Shown in pieces: positions 50,331 through 59,488 of a stretch of 64,000 bases of DNA. How positions within the stretch are numbered: the first letter of the stretch is position 1; every line of letters starts with the position of its first letter. Source of the stretch: an uncultured Chlamydiae bacterium (GTDB lineage Bacteria > Chlamydiota > Chlamydiia > Chlamydiales > JAJFMB01); NCBI GenBank assembly GCA_963696295.1, contig CAVOJR010000001.1, forward strand, positions 288,001-352,000. The letters run 5' to 3'. The notes under the pieces were generated by a model that saw only the letters and a program-made list of their open reading frames with translations, was not told where the DNA came from and made no database searches. A program made the translations under genes and the position numbers.

Positions 50331-50444
50331 CCGTCCCTCCTTTTTTCTAAGAAATTAATTGATTGCATACTTTATTTTAAACTTTTATTTAATTTCCAAC
50401 TTTTCTATAATATCACATCAATTCTTTTTTAATTAGGTGTTACA

Positions 50445-51149
50445 ATGCAATTAAATTTTGATTCAACCGCTCAGTCATTTCAATATGAGATCGCGTGCGG
50501 CTCAGGAAAAACGGGTTTTAAACGCATAAGCGACCAATTACCCCCCGGCGCTGAGGCTGTTGTAAATTTTTTATTCGTCGAAGATCGGGAACCGTTTGGT
50601 TCAAACGCATCGGAAAAAGATCCGCAAACGCATCATGCCGCAACTGTGAAAATAACAAAAGAGAGCACCGCCATGAAGGCAATCATTCACGTTGCGAGCT
50701 ATGCTACAGGGGACTATAAAGAGAACGTTGATCCACAGGGACGCCCTTCCTCTGAAGATTTGCCTATAGAAGATAAGAGCGCTGGTCAGGCGTTAGTCAT
50801 TTTGACAGAGATGAAGGCTATTTTTCAAAAGGCGGCCGCATTGCCGGCCGATCGAAAACTCCATTATAGCCGAGCAACCGTGATGGTCCTCATTCCCGGC
50901 CAAAAAATCCAATTGATCACTCTAGATCAGGGCGTAAGAGGCACGGCTGATCTGAAAAGTGTAAATTCTCACTGGTCTACTGAAGAGGTTAAAGATATTG
51001 ACCTCCCCTCACAGAACAAGAGACTGGATTCATTAAATAAGAAGTTTAGAAACCTCGTGGAGCAGGCCGGAAAAAGACCGGCGGAAGTCCCAGGCGATGC
51101 CGTGCGAATTAAAGGATACGAAATCCAGTATTCCCGCACAATAAAGTAA
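50445..51149 (+). CDS. Hypothetical protein
   Basis: 234 aa; TATAAT and AGGTG upstream. Confidence 0.7.
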   Translation: MQLNFDSTAQSFQYEIACGSGKTGFKRISDQLPPGAEAVVNFLFVEDREPFGSNASEKDPQTHHAATVKITKESTAMKAIIHVASYATGDYKENVDPQGRPSSEDLPIEDKSAGQALVILTEMKAIFQKAAALPADRKLHYSRATVMVLIPGQKIQLITLDQGVRGTADLKSVNSHWSTEEVKDIDLPSQNKRLDSLNKKFRNLVEQAGKRPAEVPGDAVRIKGYEIQYSRTIK

Positions 51150-51150
51150 G

Positions 51151-51927
51151 TTAAACCGAGTGCCTGCGCCCTTTGAAAGCGGGCTCTTTCTGGAGCCCCT
51201 GAAACACAAGCGTTGTGATCTTCAAGGTCGTGTTATATAACGCGCATTCTGTAAGGGCATACCCGTCGTTGTTAACCGCCCAAATAGTGAGATTGCCCGT
51301 TGCGAGCAAATGAGTCAAACGAGAGGCGTTTTGAGGATCGGCAATCCCCTTTTTTCCATTGGCTACACCCAATATCTGCAGAAAACAACCTGTCAAAATG
51401 CCAGCGGCAGCCACGTCTCTGATGGTTTTAAAATCGAGAGGGGTATAACCGGTGTAAAGAAGTAATCCAACTGTGGAAGCGTAGTAAAGGGAGGCTATAT
51501 TTCTGCCGACAAAATTAGGAAGGGACGCTAGTATTTTTCTTTCGACGCTTTTTTTCTGAAACACTTGAAACACAGCTGTGGATATTTTCAAAGATAAACC
51601 GACAAGGGCAAAATCTAAACTTCCCTTTGGGTCGTGAAACCAGGCAGTGAGATTCAGCGTCGCAATCAAATTCGACAAAAGAGGAGCGCTTTGAGGATCG
51701 GCAATTCCCTTCCGGCCATGGGCAATTCCCACCATCTGAAGAAAAATGCTTACAAGAACGCCTCCGGCAGCGGTATTTTTGATCATGCTAAAATTAAGAT
51801 CGGAAAAGCTGGTGTAAACAGCCAAACCCACCGTGGAAGCCAAGTAGAGGGATTCCTTATTTTCCCAGGCAAAATTTTTTGCTGGTTCCGGAATAACAGA
51901 GGAAATATAATTAGGTATTGCTTGCAT
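51151..51927 (-). CDS. Membrane protein made of two tandem ~125-aa repeats
   Basis: LYxASTVGL and GxKGIADPQxA occur twice; paralog of 52038-52430. Confidence 0.75.
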   Translation of the reverse strand: MQAIPNYISSVIPEPAKNFAWENKESLYLASTVGLAVYTSFSDLNFSMIKNTAAGGVLVSIFLQMVGIAHGRKGIADPQSAPLLSNLIATLNLTAWFHDPKGSLDFALVGLSLKISTAVFQVFQKKSVERKILASLPNFVGRNIASLYYASTVGLLLYTGYTPLDFKTIRDVAAAGILTGCFLQILGVANGKKGIADPQNASRLTHLLATGNLTIWAVNNDGYALTECALYNTTLKITTLVFQGLQKEPAFKGRRHSV

Positions 51928-52037
51928 ATACACCTTATTTATTTAAGAATAATATCACAACATAATATATTCAGCAATATTTTTATTGATTAAAATTCAT
52001 CACTTTGATATTTTTAATTTATTAGATTAAGGTATTT

Positions 52038-52430
52038 ATGCAAGCAATTACAAATTACATTTCGTCATTTAAAAGAGAAGATTTAAGGAAAATGGTCCTT
52101 GAAAACAAGGAACCGCTATTCCTGGCAGCCACAACGCTAGTAGCCGTTGGCGCCGGCTATAAAAATATGGATATAAAAAGTTTTAAAGACTGCACCCTAT
52201 TTGGTGTAGGGCTAAGCTGCGCTCTTCAATTACTCGGCTTGACCACGGGACGAAAAGGAATAGCCTCTCCCGAAATTGCCCCCCATTTGACCACTACTTT
52301 TGCCGCGGTCAACCTCGCTAACTTAATCTACCAACCCTTTCAACCCTTCACAATAAATTGCGCGATTTTTAGTCTGGCGTTCAAAATCACAACGGTGGCG
52401 TTTCAAACTTATCATCGGGATCAACGCTAA
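52038..52430 (+). CDS. Single-repeat membrane protein, paralog of the divergent neighbour
   Basis: MQAITNYISS, ENKE, GRKGIASPEIAP, KITTVAFQ. Confidence 0.75.
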   Translation: MQAITNYISSFKREDLRKMVLENKEPLFLAATTLVAVGAGYKNMDIKSFKDCTLFGVGLSCALQLLGLTTGRKGIASPEIAPHLTTTFAAVNLANLIYQPFQPFTINCAIFSLAFKITTVAFQTYHRDQR

Positions 52431-52834
52431 TTTGTATTTACAGCAATGCAAGACAGTTCAATACGAGAGCCCATCGGCAGGGCGGAAACCTGCACCGTCT
52501 GGCGCGCCGGATAGGGCTTCGTTGTGAAGCGCTCACTGTAGGCCTGATTAAACTCGGCGAGATCACGCGCAAAATCGACCAAAAACACTTCAACACGGAT
52601 GACATGGGACAAATCCGCGCCGGCGGCAGCTAAGACAGCCGAAATGTTGTCCAGCACGCGATGGGTCAGCTCTTTCATCCCCCCTTCTATTAATTTTCCG
52701 GCAGCCGGGTCAATTGGGAGCTGGCCCGAAACGAAGATAAACGGGTCTTTCACAATGCCCTGGGAATAGGGCCCGATGGCCTTGGGGGCTTGGGCTGTCT
52801 CGATTTGTCTGAATTTATTTCTTGTATTTTCCAT
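52427..52834 (-). CDS. ridA: RidA/YjgF family imine deaminase
   Basis: APKAIGPYSQ, VSGQLP, PAR, IELSCIA. Confidence 0.92.
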   Translation of the reverse strand: MENTRNKFRQIETAQAPKAIGPYSQGIVKDPFIFVSGQLPIDPAAGKLIEGGMKELTHRVLDNISAVLAAAGADLSHVIRVEVFLVDFARDLAEFNQAYSERFTTKPYPARQTVQVSALPMGSRIELSCIAVNTN

Positions 52835-52879
52835 AGGGATCCTTTACTTTGCGAAAATATTAACCCATAAAGGAAATTT

Positions 52880-53353
52880 ATGAAACAGCGTAATTTTTTT
52901 TCTGCCGAGGCCGTCAAAAAACTCACTAAAAGTCTGAAAGAAGTTTTGGCTAGCACGTATGTTCTTTATCTCAAAACGCAAAACTTCCACTGGAATGTCG
53001 AAGGGCGCCATTTTTTCTTCCTGCATAAAATGTTCGAAGAGCAGTATGAGGAGCTCGCCGAAGCGGTCGACACCCTGGCTGAGAGGATCCGCCAGTTTTC
53101 CGTCAAATCCCCGGGCTCTATGAAAGAGTTTCTCTCGTTGAGCGAGTTAAAGGAATCTGCCAATCCCCCCGAAGCGAAGAAGATGATAGAAGAGCTTTAC
53201 GCCGACCACCAGGCGATCGCCAATATATTGCATCAGAAAATCAAAGAAGCCCAGGAGTTTAGCGATGAAGGCACCGCCGATGTTTATATAGACCGGTTGC
53301 GCGTTCACGATAAAACGGCCTGGATGTTGAAAAGCCACCTGGAGGAAAAATGA
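52880..53353 (+). CDS. dps: Dps family DNA protection protein
   Basis: NFHWNVEG, LHKMFEEQY, DTLAERI, KTAWML. Confidence 0.95.
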   Translation: MKQRNFFSAEAVKKLTKSLKEVLASTYVLYLKTQNFHWNVEGRHFFFLHKMFEEQYEELAEAVDTLAERIRQFSVKSPGSMKEFLSLSELKESANPPEAKKMIEELYADHQAIANILHQKIKEAQEFSDEGTADVYIDRLRVHDKTAWMLKSHLEEK

Positions 53354-54300
53354 AAGCCTTGAGTTTAGAACAGTTCAGCAGTTCAGACCAGTTGAAAATG
53401 GTCGATCTCCCCACTCCAAAACCGGGCGATAATGAGGTTTTGCTGCGGATCGCTTATACGGCCGTCAATCCGGTCGACTGGAAAATTTGCGAAGGGCTTC
53501 TCAAAGAGCGCCTGCCCCACAAATTCCCCCTGATCCCCGGATGGGACGCCTCCGGCACGATAGCCGCCGTGGGCAATAAGGTGGAGCAATTTTCCGTGGG
53601 CGATAAAGTTTACGCCTACTGCCGAAAGCCGGAAGTGCAGTGGGGAAGCTACGCGGAATATATCGTCCTCGACGCGGAAAGCGTCTCGCTAAAACCTAAA
53701 AACTTAAACTACGCCGCCGCGGCCGCCATCCCTTTGGTCGGGCTAACCGCCTGGCAGGCCCTTTTCGATGTGGGGCACTTAAAGGCAGGTCAAAGCATTC
53801 TCATCCATGCAGGCGCCGGGGGCGTTGGCAGCATGGCTTTGCAATTTGCCAAGCAGGCAGGAGCGAAAGTCTATACGACAGCCAGTCAAAAAAACCACGA
53901 CTATGTGAAGCAGCTGGGAGCCGCCCACTCGATCGATTACACAAAAGACAACTTCATCAGCCACATCAAAGTGTTTGAACCAAAAGGGGTCGATATGGTT
54001 TTTGACACGATCGGCGGGCATGTTCTGCAAGAAAGCCTAAAAGTTATCAAGAAAGGGGGGCAGCTGGTCAGCATCGTCGAGAAGGTCGATCCCGCTGTGG
54101 CCGAAGCGCACCAGATTGAGGCGCATTATGTCTTTGTCAGGCCGAATGGAAAACAGCTGGCTGAGATCGCCGCGCTGATTGAACAGGGAAAAGTGATTGC
54201 GCCCCATATCGAGGAGATGCAGCTCGAAGACGCCTCATTTGCCCTGCAAAAGGTGAAAAAGGGGCATACTTTGGGAAAAATCGTTCTCAAGGTTATGTAG
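53350..54300 (+). CDS. NADP-dependent MDR oxidoreductase (quinone reductase-like)
   Basis: VNPVDWK, GLTAWQAL, IHAGAGGVG, GKIVL. Confidence 0.9.
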   Translation: MKALSLEQFSSSDQLKMVDLPTPKPGDNEVLLRIAYTAVNPVDWKICEGLLKERLPHKFPLIPGWDASGTIAAVGNKVEQFSVGDKVYAYCRKPEVQWGSYAEYIVLDAESVSLKPKNLNYAAAAAIPLVGLTAWQALFDVGHLKAGQSILIHAGAGGVGSMALQFAKQAGAKVYTTASQKNHDYVKQLGAAHSIDYTKDNFISHIKVFEPKGVDMVFDTIGGHVLQESLKVIKKGGQLVSIVEKVDPAVAEAHQIEAHYVFVRPNGKQLAEIAALIEQGKVIAPHIEEMQLEDASFALQKVKKGHTLGKIVLKVM

Positions 54301-55186
54301 AAGCGAGAACCTCTTTTAGTTTTTCCTGCTGCGCCTGATAGAGCCCGGGATAGGAGCGCTCCAGCCACTTGCCGAATTGATCCATCTTCTGGCAAAGGTT
54401 CTCTTTATATTCTGAGGGCTCTTTCATTTTTTCATCGCTTTCAAAGAGGCCGACATCCACATGGATAGGCCGCCCGGCCACGACGCCGGTATTTTGCATG
54501 AGGGCAGGATCGGTGTCGTAAAACCCGCGGGCATAGTCAGAGAGCAGCAGGTCGCAGGTTTTAAGCACCAGCTCCCTGGCCAATGCCTCATTTCCCTCTT
54601 CCATCAACTGGTCAATGGCCGGACAGAGCATGGCGGCCTTTTTCTGCACCATAAAAGCCATCTTGTCCAGGTCTATGACGCGCGTTATGCCGGCTTTATC
54701 GGTAAAGGTTAATTTTTTTTGCAAATCAGAGGTCGGATTCAAATGGACGAACAGTATGCCCGCTTCCTCCTGCATGGTATCAAAAGCCGTTTTCCAGCTC
54801 GTAAAAAGCTTCTCAAAATTCCGCTGCTTGACGGCGTACCTCTTTTGCCGCATTTTTTTCACGGGAGGAACGAAGGTGAAATAATCGATCCAGTACTTGC
54901 GGAAATGTTGAAATTTAAAAAATTTAATCACATACCTGCCGTCGGCGCTGGAAAAGGCGTAAGACTGGCACCCCTTGCCCAAGTAAAAAAAAGGCTGATC
55001 GAGAATCGAGAGAACCGCGGCCCGCTCACGATCGTCTAAAGGACGAGTTTCAAAGCCGGGATTATAGGCGAGCTCGCAGGTGATATTGCCGAGGCGAAAG
55101 CCATCCGTGATCTGCAAATAAAGGCTTACTCCGCCATAGATCCCAATCGATAAACAAAGCAAAATATAAATAAACTTCCGGAACAT
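54293..55186 (-). CDS. Membrane-anchored protein-kinase-like fold protein
   Basis: LGKGCQSYAF, YVIKFF, D..N (DPALMQN), HVDVG. Confidence 0.65.
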   Translation of the reverse strand: MFRKFIYILLCLSIGIYGGVSLYLQITDGFRLGNITCELAYNPGFETRPLDDRERAAVLSILDQPFFYLGKGCQSYAFSSADGRYVIKFFKFQHFRKYWIDYFTFVPPVKKMRQKRYAVKQRNFEKLFTSWKTAFDTMQEEAGILFVHLNPTSDLQKKLTFTDKAGITRVIDLDKMAFMVQKKAAMLCPAIDQLMEEGNEALARELVLKTCDLLLSDYARGFYDTDPALMQNTGVVAGRPIHVDVGLFESDEKMKEPSEYKENLCQKMDQFGKWLERSYPGLYQAQQEKLKEVLAST

Positions 55187-55293
55187 TCAGCTATATTCGC
55201 AAAGGCTCCCGGTGTTGTCAAGGCAATAATTCGTGACTAAAAAAGGATAATCCGTTACATTTTGGTTTAGGGACCTACCAAAAGGATTATATT

Positions 55294-55677
55294 ATGAAGT
55301 CATGTTTTCTTAGCTGCTTTGGGTTTATTTGTCTGTTTTTCAGCAAATGCGCTGCCTTCAGTTCGGAAACCACCAACGATTTTATCTCTTATCTTTCTGT
55401 GAGAGAAACCAAATTGTTGAGCATTCAAGATTTTCCCTTCATCGAAATCGCGAAGCAATCGAGCATAATTAGCCAAATTGTCAACGACAAATTCGTCTTT
55501 CTTTCTTCCTACGCTCCCGGAAGAGACGCTCTTTATCAGGGCGGCGGGGCGCTTGCCTATTACCTCACTTCCCATGTCTATATAAAGACCGGGCCTTCCT
55601 ATAGCCGCGATATCGGCATCGGCCGCAAGTGGAAATGGGCGATGCAGCTGAGCTACGAAATCCCCTTTGCAAACTAG
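55294..55677 (+). CDS. Hypothetical exported protein
   Basis: AAGGA RBS, signal-like N-terminus, beta-strand-like C-terminus. Confidence 0.55.
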   Translation: MKSCFLSCFGFICLFFSKCAAFSSETTNDFISYLSVRETKLLSIQDFPFIEIAKQSSIISQIVNDKFVFLSSYAPGRDALYQGGGALAYYLTSHVYIKTGPSYSRDIGIGRKWKWAMQLSYEIPFAN

Positions 55678-55724
55678 TGATTCCTTAAGCTATACTCCAC
55701 TCTTTAATTAGACTGGAGTGTATC

Positions 55725-56627
55725 ATGTTAAAAATTAACTTATCGGGGAAAAGAGCTTTTATCGCAGGCATCGGCGACGACAAAGGATATGGCTGGGCAA
55801 TTGCCAAGGCCCTGGCCGAAGCCGGCGCAGAAATTCTCGTGGGCACCTGGACTCCCATTCTAAAGATTTTTAAAACCAGTTTTGAAACCGGAAAGTTTGA
55901 CGAATCGCGCAAACTCTCCGATGGCAGTCTGCTGCAAATTGCGAAGATCTACCCTATGGACGCTTCATTTGATAAAATGGAAGATGTTCCGGAAGATATT
56001 AAAGAAAACAAGCGATACAAGGAACATTCAGGCTACACCCTTTCTGAAGTGGTACAGGCCGTGCAAAAAGATTACGGGTCGATTGACATTTTGGTTCACT
56101 CCCTCGCAAACGGACCCGAAGTTCAAAAACCGCTCCTCGAAACCTCGCGACAGGGCTATCTGGCGGCTTTGAGCGCCTCTTCCTACTCCTTTGTCAGCCT
56201 GCTCGCCCACTTTCTGCCGATACTCAACACCGGCGGCTCGGCCCTCTCGCTGACTTATATCGCCTCTGAGCGGGTGATACCCGGCTATGGGGGAGGGATG
56301 AGTTCGGCTAAGGCGGCTCTTGAGAGCGACACGCGCACGCTCGCCTGGGAAGCCGGCCGTGCCAAAGGCATACGCGTAAACACCATATCGGCCGGACCTT
56401 TCCGCAGCCGTGCGGCCAAAGCGATCGGCTTTATCGAGCGCATGATCAATTATGCGGCAGCGAACGCTCCCTTGGCCGAGGAGATCGAGGGCGAGGAGAT
56501 CGGCAACGCGGCGGCGTTTCTGCTATCTCCGCTCGCCTCAGGAATTACGGGAGAGATCATTCACATAGACAATGGGCTGCACGCGATGGGTGTGGCGATG
56601 GATAGCCCGACTCTAGCCGAAGTTTAG
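55725..56627 (+). CDS. fabI: Enoyl-ACP reductase (chlamydial/plant type)
   Basis: [41 protein letters not shown]. Confidence 0.96.
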   Translation: MLKINLSGKRAFIAGIGDDKGYGWAIAKALAEAGAEILVGTWTPILKIFKTSFETGKFDESRKLSDGSLLQIAKIYPMDASFDKMEDVPEDIKENKRYKEHSGYTLSEVVQAVQKDYGSIDILVHSLANGPEVQKPLLETSRQGYLAALSASSYSFVSLLAHFLPILNTGGSALSLTYIASERVIPGYGGGMSSAKAALESDTRTLAWEAGRAKGIRVNTISAGPFRSRAAKAIGFIERMINYAAANAPLAEEIEGEEIGNAAAFLLSPLASGITGEIIHIDNGLHAMGVAMDSPTLAEV

Positions 56628-56741
56628 GCGTTTTTAAGGCAGAATTTAACAGAAAAACATCCTTCGGGACTGACAAAACTCAATCTGGCCCAACATTGCG
56701 CACGGTACACTCCCAAATCTGTTTCTAATGAAGCCTTATGA

Positions 56742-57227
56742 CTAAAGTAGATCGTCTTCCAATTTGGGCTTGCGAATGAACTGACTCGCAGGGATGGGAG
56801 GAGGGACCCTCCTTCTTTCTGAAATCGGCTGGGATTGAGGAGTTTGGATTGGGCATCTGGCTGCAACGGCAGCGTAGGATGGCTTTGGGGCGGGCTGAAG
56901 GTACCGGTCTGCATCCTTGGTAATATTATTAGCCGCCTCTATTCCTGTAGCTCCAACTTCTTTGTCACAAATCAATGAATTTAAATGGTTAACAGTTTCA
57001 ACATTGACGGTGATAAGGTTTTTCTGGAGATTGTCATTGATAGCCACTACCTCTAATGTTTTTTGCAGAATCGTGAGAGGGACTTTTGAAGAGAGACAAA
57101 GTAATCTCAAAGCTTCCGGCACATTTCTTTCATAGGCCAAAGTGTAGGTCCTGCCTGAATACACAACAGTTTGCTGATAATTTGTGTGTGTTGCCGCCAG
57201 CTGCCGATTACGACCGATTCTAATCAT
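56742..57227 (-). CDS. Hypothetical protein with Pro-rich tail
   Basis: 161 aa, AGGA RBS. Confidence 0.55.
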   Translation of the reverse strand: MIRIGRNRQLAATHTNYQQTVVYSGRTYTLAYERNVPEALRLLCLSSKVPLTILQKTLEVVAINDNLQKNLITVNVETVNHLNSLICDKEVGATGIEAANNITKDADRYLQPAPKPSYAAVAARCPIQTPQSQPISERRRVPPPIPASQFIRKPKLEDDLL

Positions 57228-57378
57228 TTATTTCCTAAGAATAAGCATTTTGCGCGGATGATATCATAAAACTGAAATAATGATCAATTATTATGAATCT
57301 GGCGCAAGAGTTCTTAACACTGCCTTAATTAAAAAATAATGTTAACAAGTTATAATGCTAATTTAAATTAGGGGAAGA

Positions 57379-58020
57379 ATGATCACCATTGAGAAAGCAA
57401 ACTTCATCGCACCGGCAGCAGCCGAGGCGCAAACGGAAAAGAGAAACCTCGTCCGCCGCTGCCTGCTGGTGGCTAGCGCCGCCTTTGCCCTGGTGGCTAC
57501 GGTCACGGTCTCTAAAGAATTCGCGGCTACAGCGTTAAAAGCCATTGGCTTGACCTCCTCACTTGCCGCCAATAGCGGGGATACGGAAAATTCCACCTCC
57601 CGCCTGATCGATATCGCCAGAATCGCCATTTTAGCCCTAGCTATTATTGGCGTGGCTGCTTCCAAGCCTATTCTATACACCGCCTCACTCGTCGCTGAAA
57701 TCTTTATAAACACCGTCCAGATGATGCAGGCTATAAAAGATAAGGACATGGAAAAAATCGTCTTTCACGCCACTATCCTGCTGGTTGATTTGCTGCTACT
57801 GACCGGCATTGTCATGGGATCTCCCGAAGTTCTGCTGGCTGCAGCCATCATCAATATAGTCATCATGACAGGCTATGCCTACAAAGCTTTCGATAAGGCG
57901 CTTGATACCGAATCCGGATTGGATATGCTCGACACATTTTGCTATATATCCCTTGCGGCGGCAGGGGTTGTTTCGTCGATCAATCTGGAAAGGCCTCATG
58001 GCCTCATAGGAAACCATTAG
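57379..58020 (+). CDS. Hypothetical multi-pass membrane protein
   Basis: Paired hydrophobic helices; TATAAT and AGGGG upstream. Confidence 0.7.
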   Translation: MITIEKANFIAPAAAEAQTEKRNLVRRCLLVASAAFALVATVTVSKEFAATALKAIGLTSSLAANSGDTENSTSRLIDIARIAILALAIIGVAASKPILYTASLVAEIFINTVQMMQAIKDKDMEKIVFHATILLVDLLLLTGIVMGSPEVLLAAAIINIVIMTGYAYKAFDKALDTESGLDMLDTFCYISLAAAGVVSSINLERPHGLIGNH

Positions 58021-58030
58021 CATTCTATAG

Positions 58031-58813
58031 CTAAAGAGCGAGCTTCAGGCTGATCCTCTTCGGAAACCGGATAACGTTTTCCCAAAACTTTGCGGCTGAA
58101 AAGGGCTCGGCGTGATGGTGAAGATACCACCTTAAGGCATACTCCGCCCTCTTTTCCCTGACCGCCTGCATCAAACTCTTCTCCAGACGGTCGGGAGAAG
58201 CCAATGTCAATTCAGCAAAAGCGGGATCGCTCCAAAGGCAGTAGCGCCTCCTTCCCATGCGAAGCTCTTTTTCGATATGCAGCGTCATCTCGCCGGTTAA
58301 TTCGAGCCCGGCCAGCGCCGCCACCCGGCAGACAAAATTCACGCACTGTTTTTTGGTGAGGCTGTATTCCTGAAAGTCATAACGGCTGACAAAATCCCGG
58401 ATCGCCTCAAACTGCTCTTCGGTCAGATCGATTTTGGCGGCAAAGGTGGGTTTATGCCCCCCGGAGCCCCTTTGAAATTGGCCGTCGTAGAGAGATTCCC
58501 AAAGGTAGGCGGCGGGATTCTTCTCCCCCTTCAGGCAGCGATTGAGCACCCCTTCGAAATATTTGGGCTGAAAAATCCCAAATTCACCGGTGTGCCCCCC
58601 CTCTAACACCCAATCTTTCCCCTTCAGGTAGATCCAGGCGTGCCCGGCATCTCCGTTTTTGCTCATGTCGCTTGGGTGTTTGGCCAACGACCTTAAAAAA
58701 GCGGAATTGCCGGAATAGTTGAGACGGCGCGCATCGACCAGGACAATCAGAAAATAATCATTCTTACCCTGCAGGGAAGCAAAAAGAGAAAGAAACAGAA
58801 AAAGGCAGCGCAT
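58031..58813 (-). CDS. Exported protein, possible permuted papain-like peptidase
   Basis: Signal peptide; GHAWI ... YSLTKKQCV. Confidence 0.6.
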   Translation of the reverse strand: MRCLFLFLSLFASLQGKNDYFLIVLVDARRLNYSGNSAFLRSLAKHPSDMSKNGDAGHAWIYLKGKDWVLEGGHTGEFGIFQPKYFEGVLNRCLKGEKNPAAYLWESLYDGQFQRGSGGHKPTFAAKIDLTEEQFEAIRDFVSRYDFQEYSLTKKQCVNFVCRVAALAGLELTGEMTLHIEKELRMGRRRYCLWSDPAFAELTLASPDRLEKSLMQAVREKRAEYALRWYLHHHAEPFSAAKFWENVIRFPKRISLKLAL

Positions 58814-58822
58814 TGGGAGAAG

Positions 58823-59488
58823 TTATTTTTCCTCATTAATTCTGGCCGTCACCACGCGCCCGATAGCTCCCGAAACGAGCACGCCCAGGCAAAAAAGGCC
58901 CGATATGGCCGTTAAGATGGCAAACGAACGGCTGACGGCGGTGACAGGAATAATATCTCCATACCCTGTTGTTGTCAATGTCATGAATGAAAAGTAGATG
59001 AAATCGGACCAGAGCAATGTTTCCCCAAGTTTGTCGCCTATGGTCAGATAAAAGGAGCCGGGCCGGCTATATTCCATCTGAGCAAAGAGGGTCGCCCAAA
59101 AGACCCCCAAAAGGAGGTAAAGGGAAAGAGCGACATAGACCTGCTCGACAGAGTTGCATTTGTGATAAAGGAAATGTTGCCCCACTCTATAAATCGCAAA
59201 GAGGTAGATCAGAATGCGGAGCGAAAAAAGCACCGGAATCTCCCACTTCATTTGCGGCAGCCAATCCATGGCTAATATCGCCCCGCCTACGCTGCAAACT
59301 ATCCAAAAGTGTCCCTTCCGCTCGTCGGAGGTATAAATAATCGCCAAAAGAAGCAGAGAATTGAAAAAAGAGAGCAGCCAGGGCACCTGATATTTAGATT
59401 CTCTTTCAAACATGGGATAGAGCAATATCAGGGCGAGCAGAGAAAGAAAGAGGTAAAACCAGGCGCCGCGATAGTGCTGCCTACTCAT
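58823..59488 (-). CDS. Potassium channel family protein (Ion_trans_2)
   Basis: YFSFMTLTTTGYGDI selectivity filter; ATG overlaps RND stop. Confidence 0.88.
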   Translation of the reverse strand: MSRQHYRGAWFYLFLSLLALILLYPMFERESKYQVPWLLSFFNSLLLLAIIYTSDERKGHFWIVCSVGGAILAMDWLPQMKWEIPVLFSLRILIYLFAIYRVGQHFLYHKCNSVEQVYVALSLYLLLGVFWATLFAQMEYSRPGSFYLTIGDKLGETLLWSDFIYFSFMTLTTTGYGDIIPVTAVSRSFAILTAISGLFCLGVLVSGAIGRVVTARINEEK

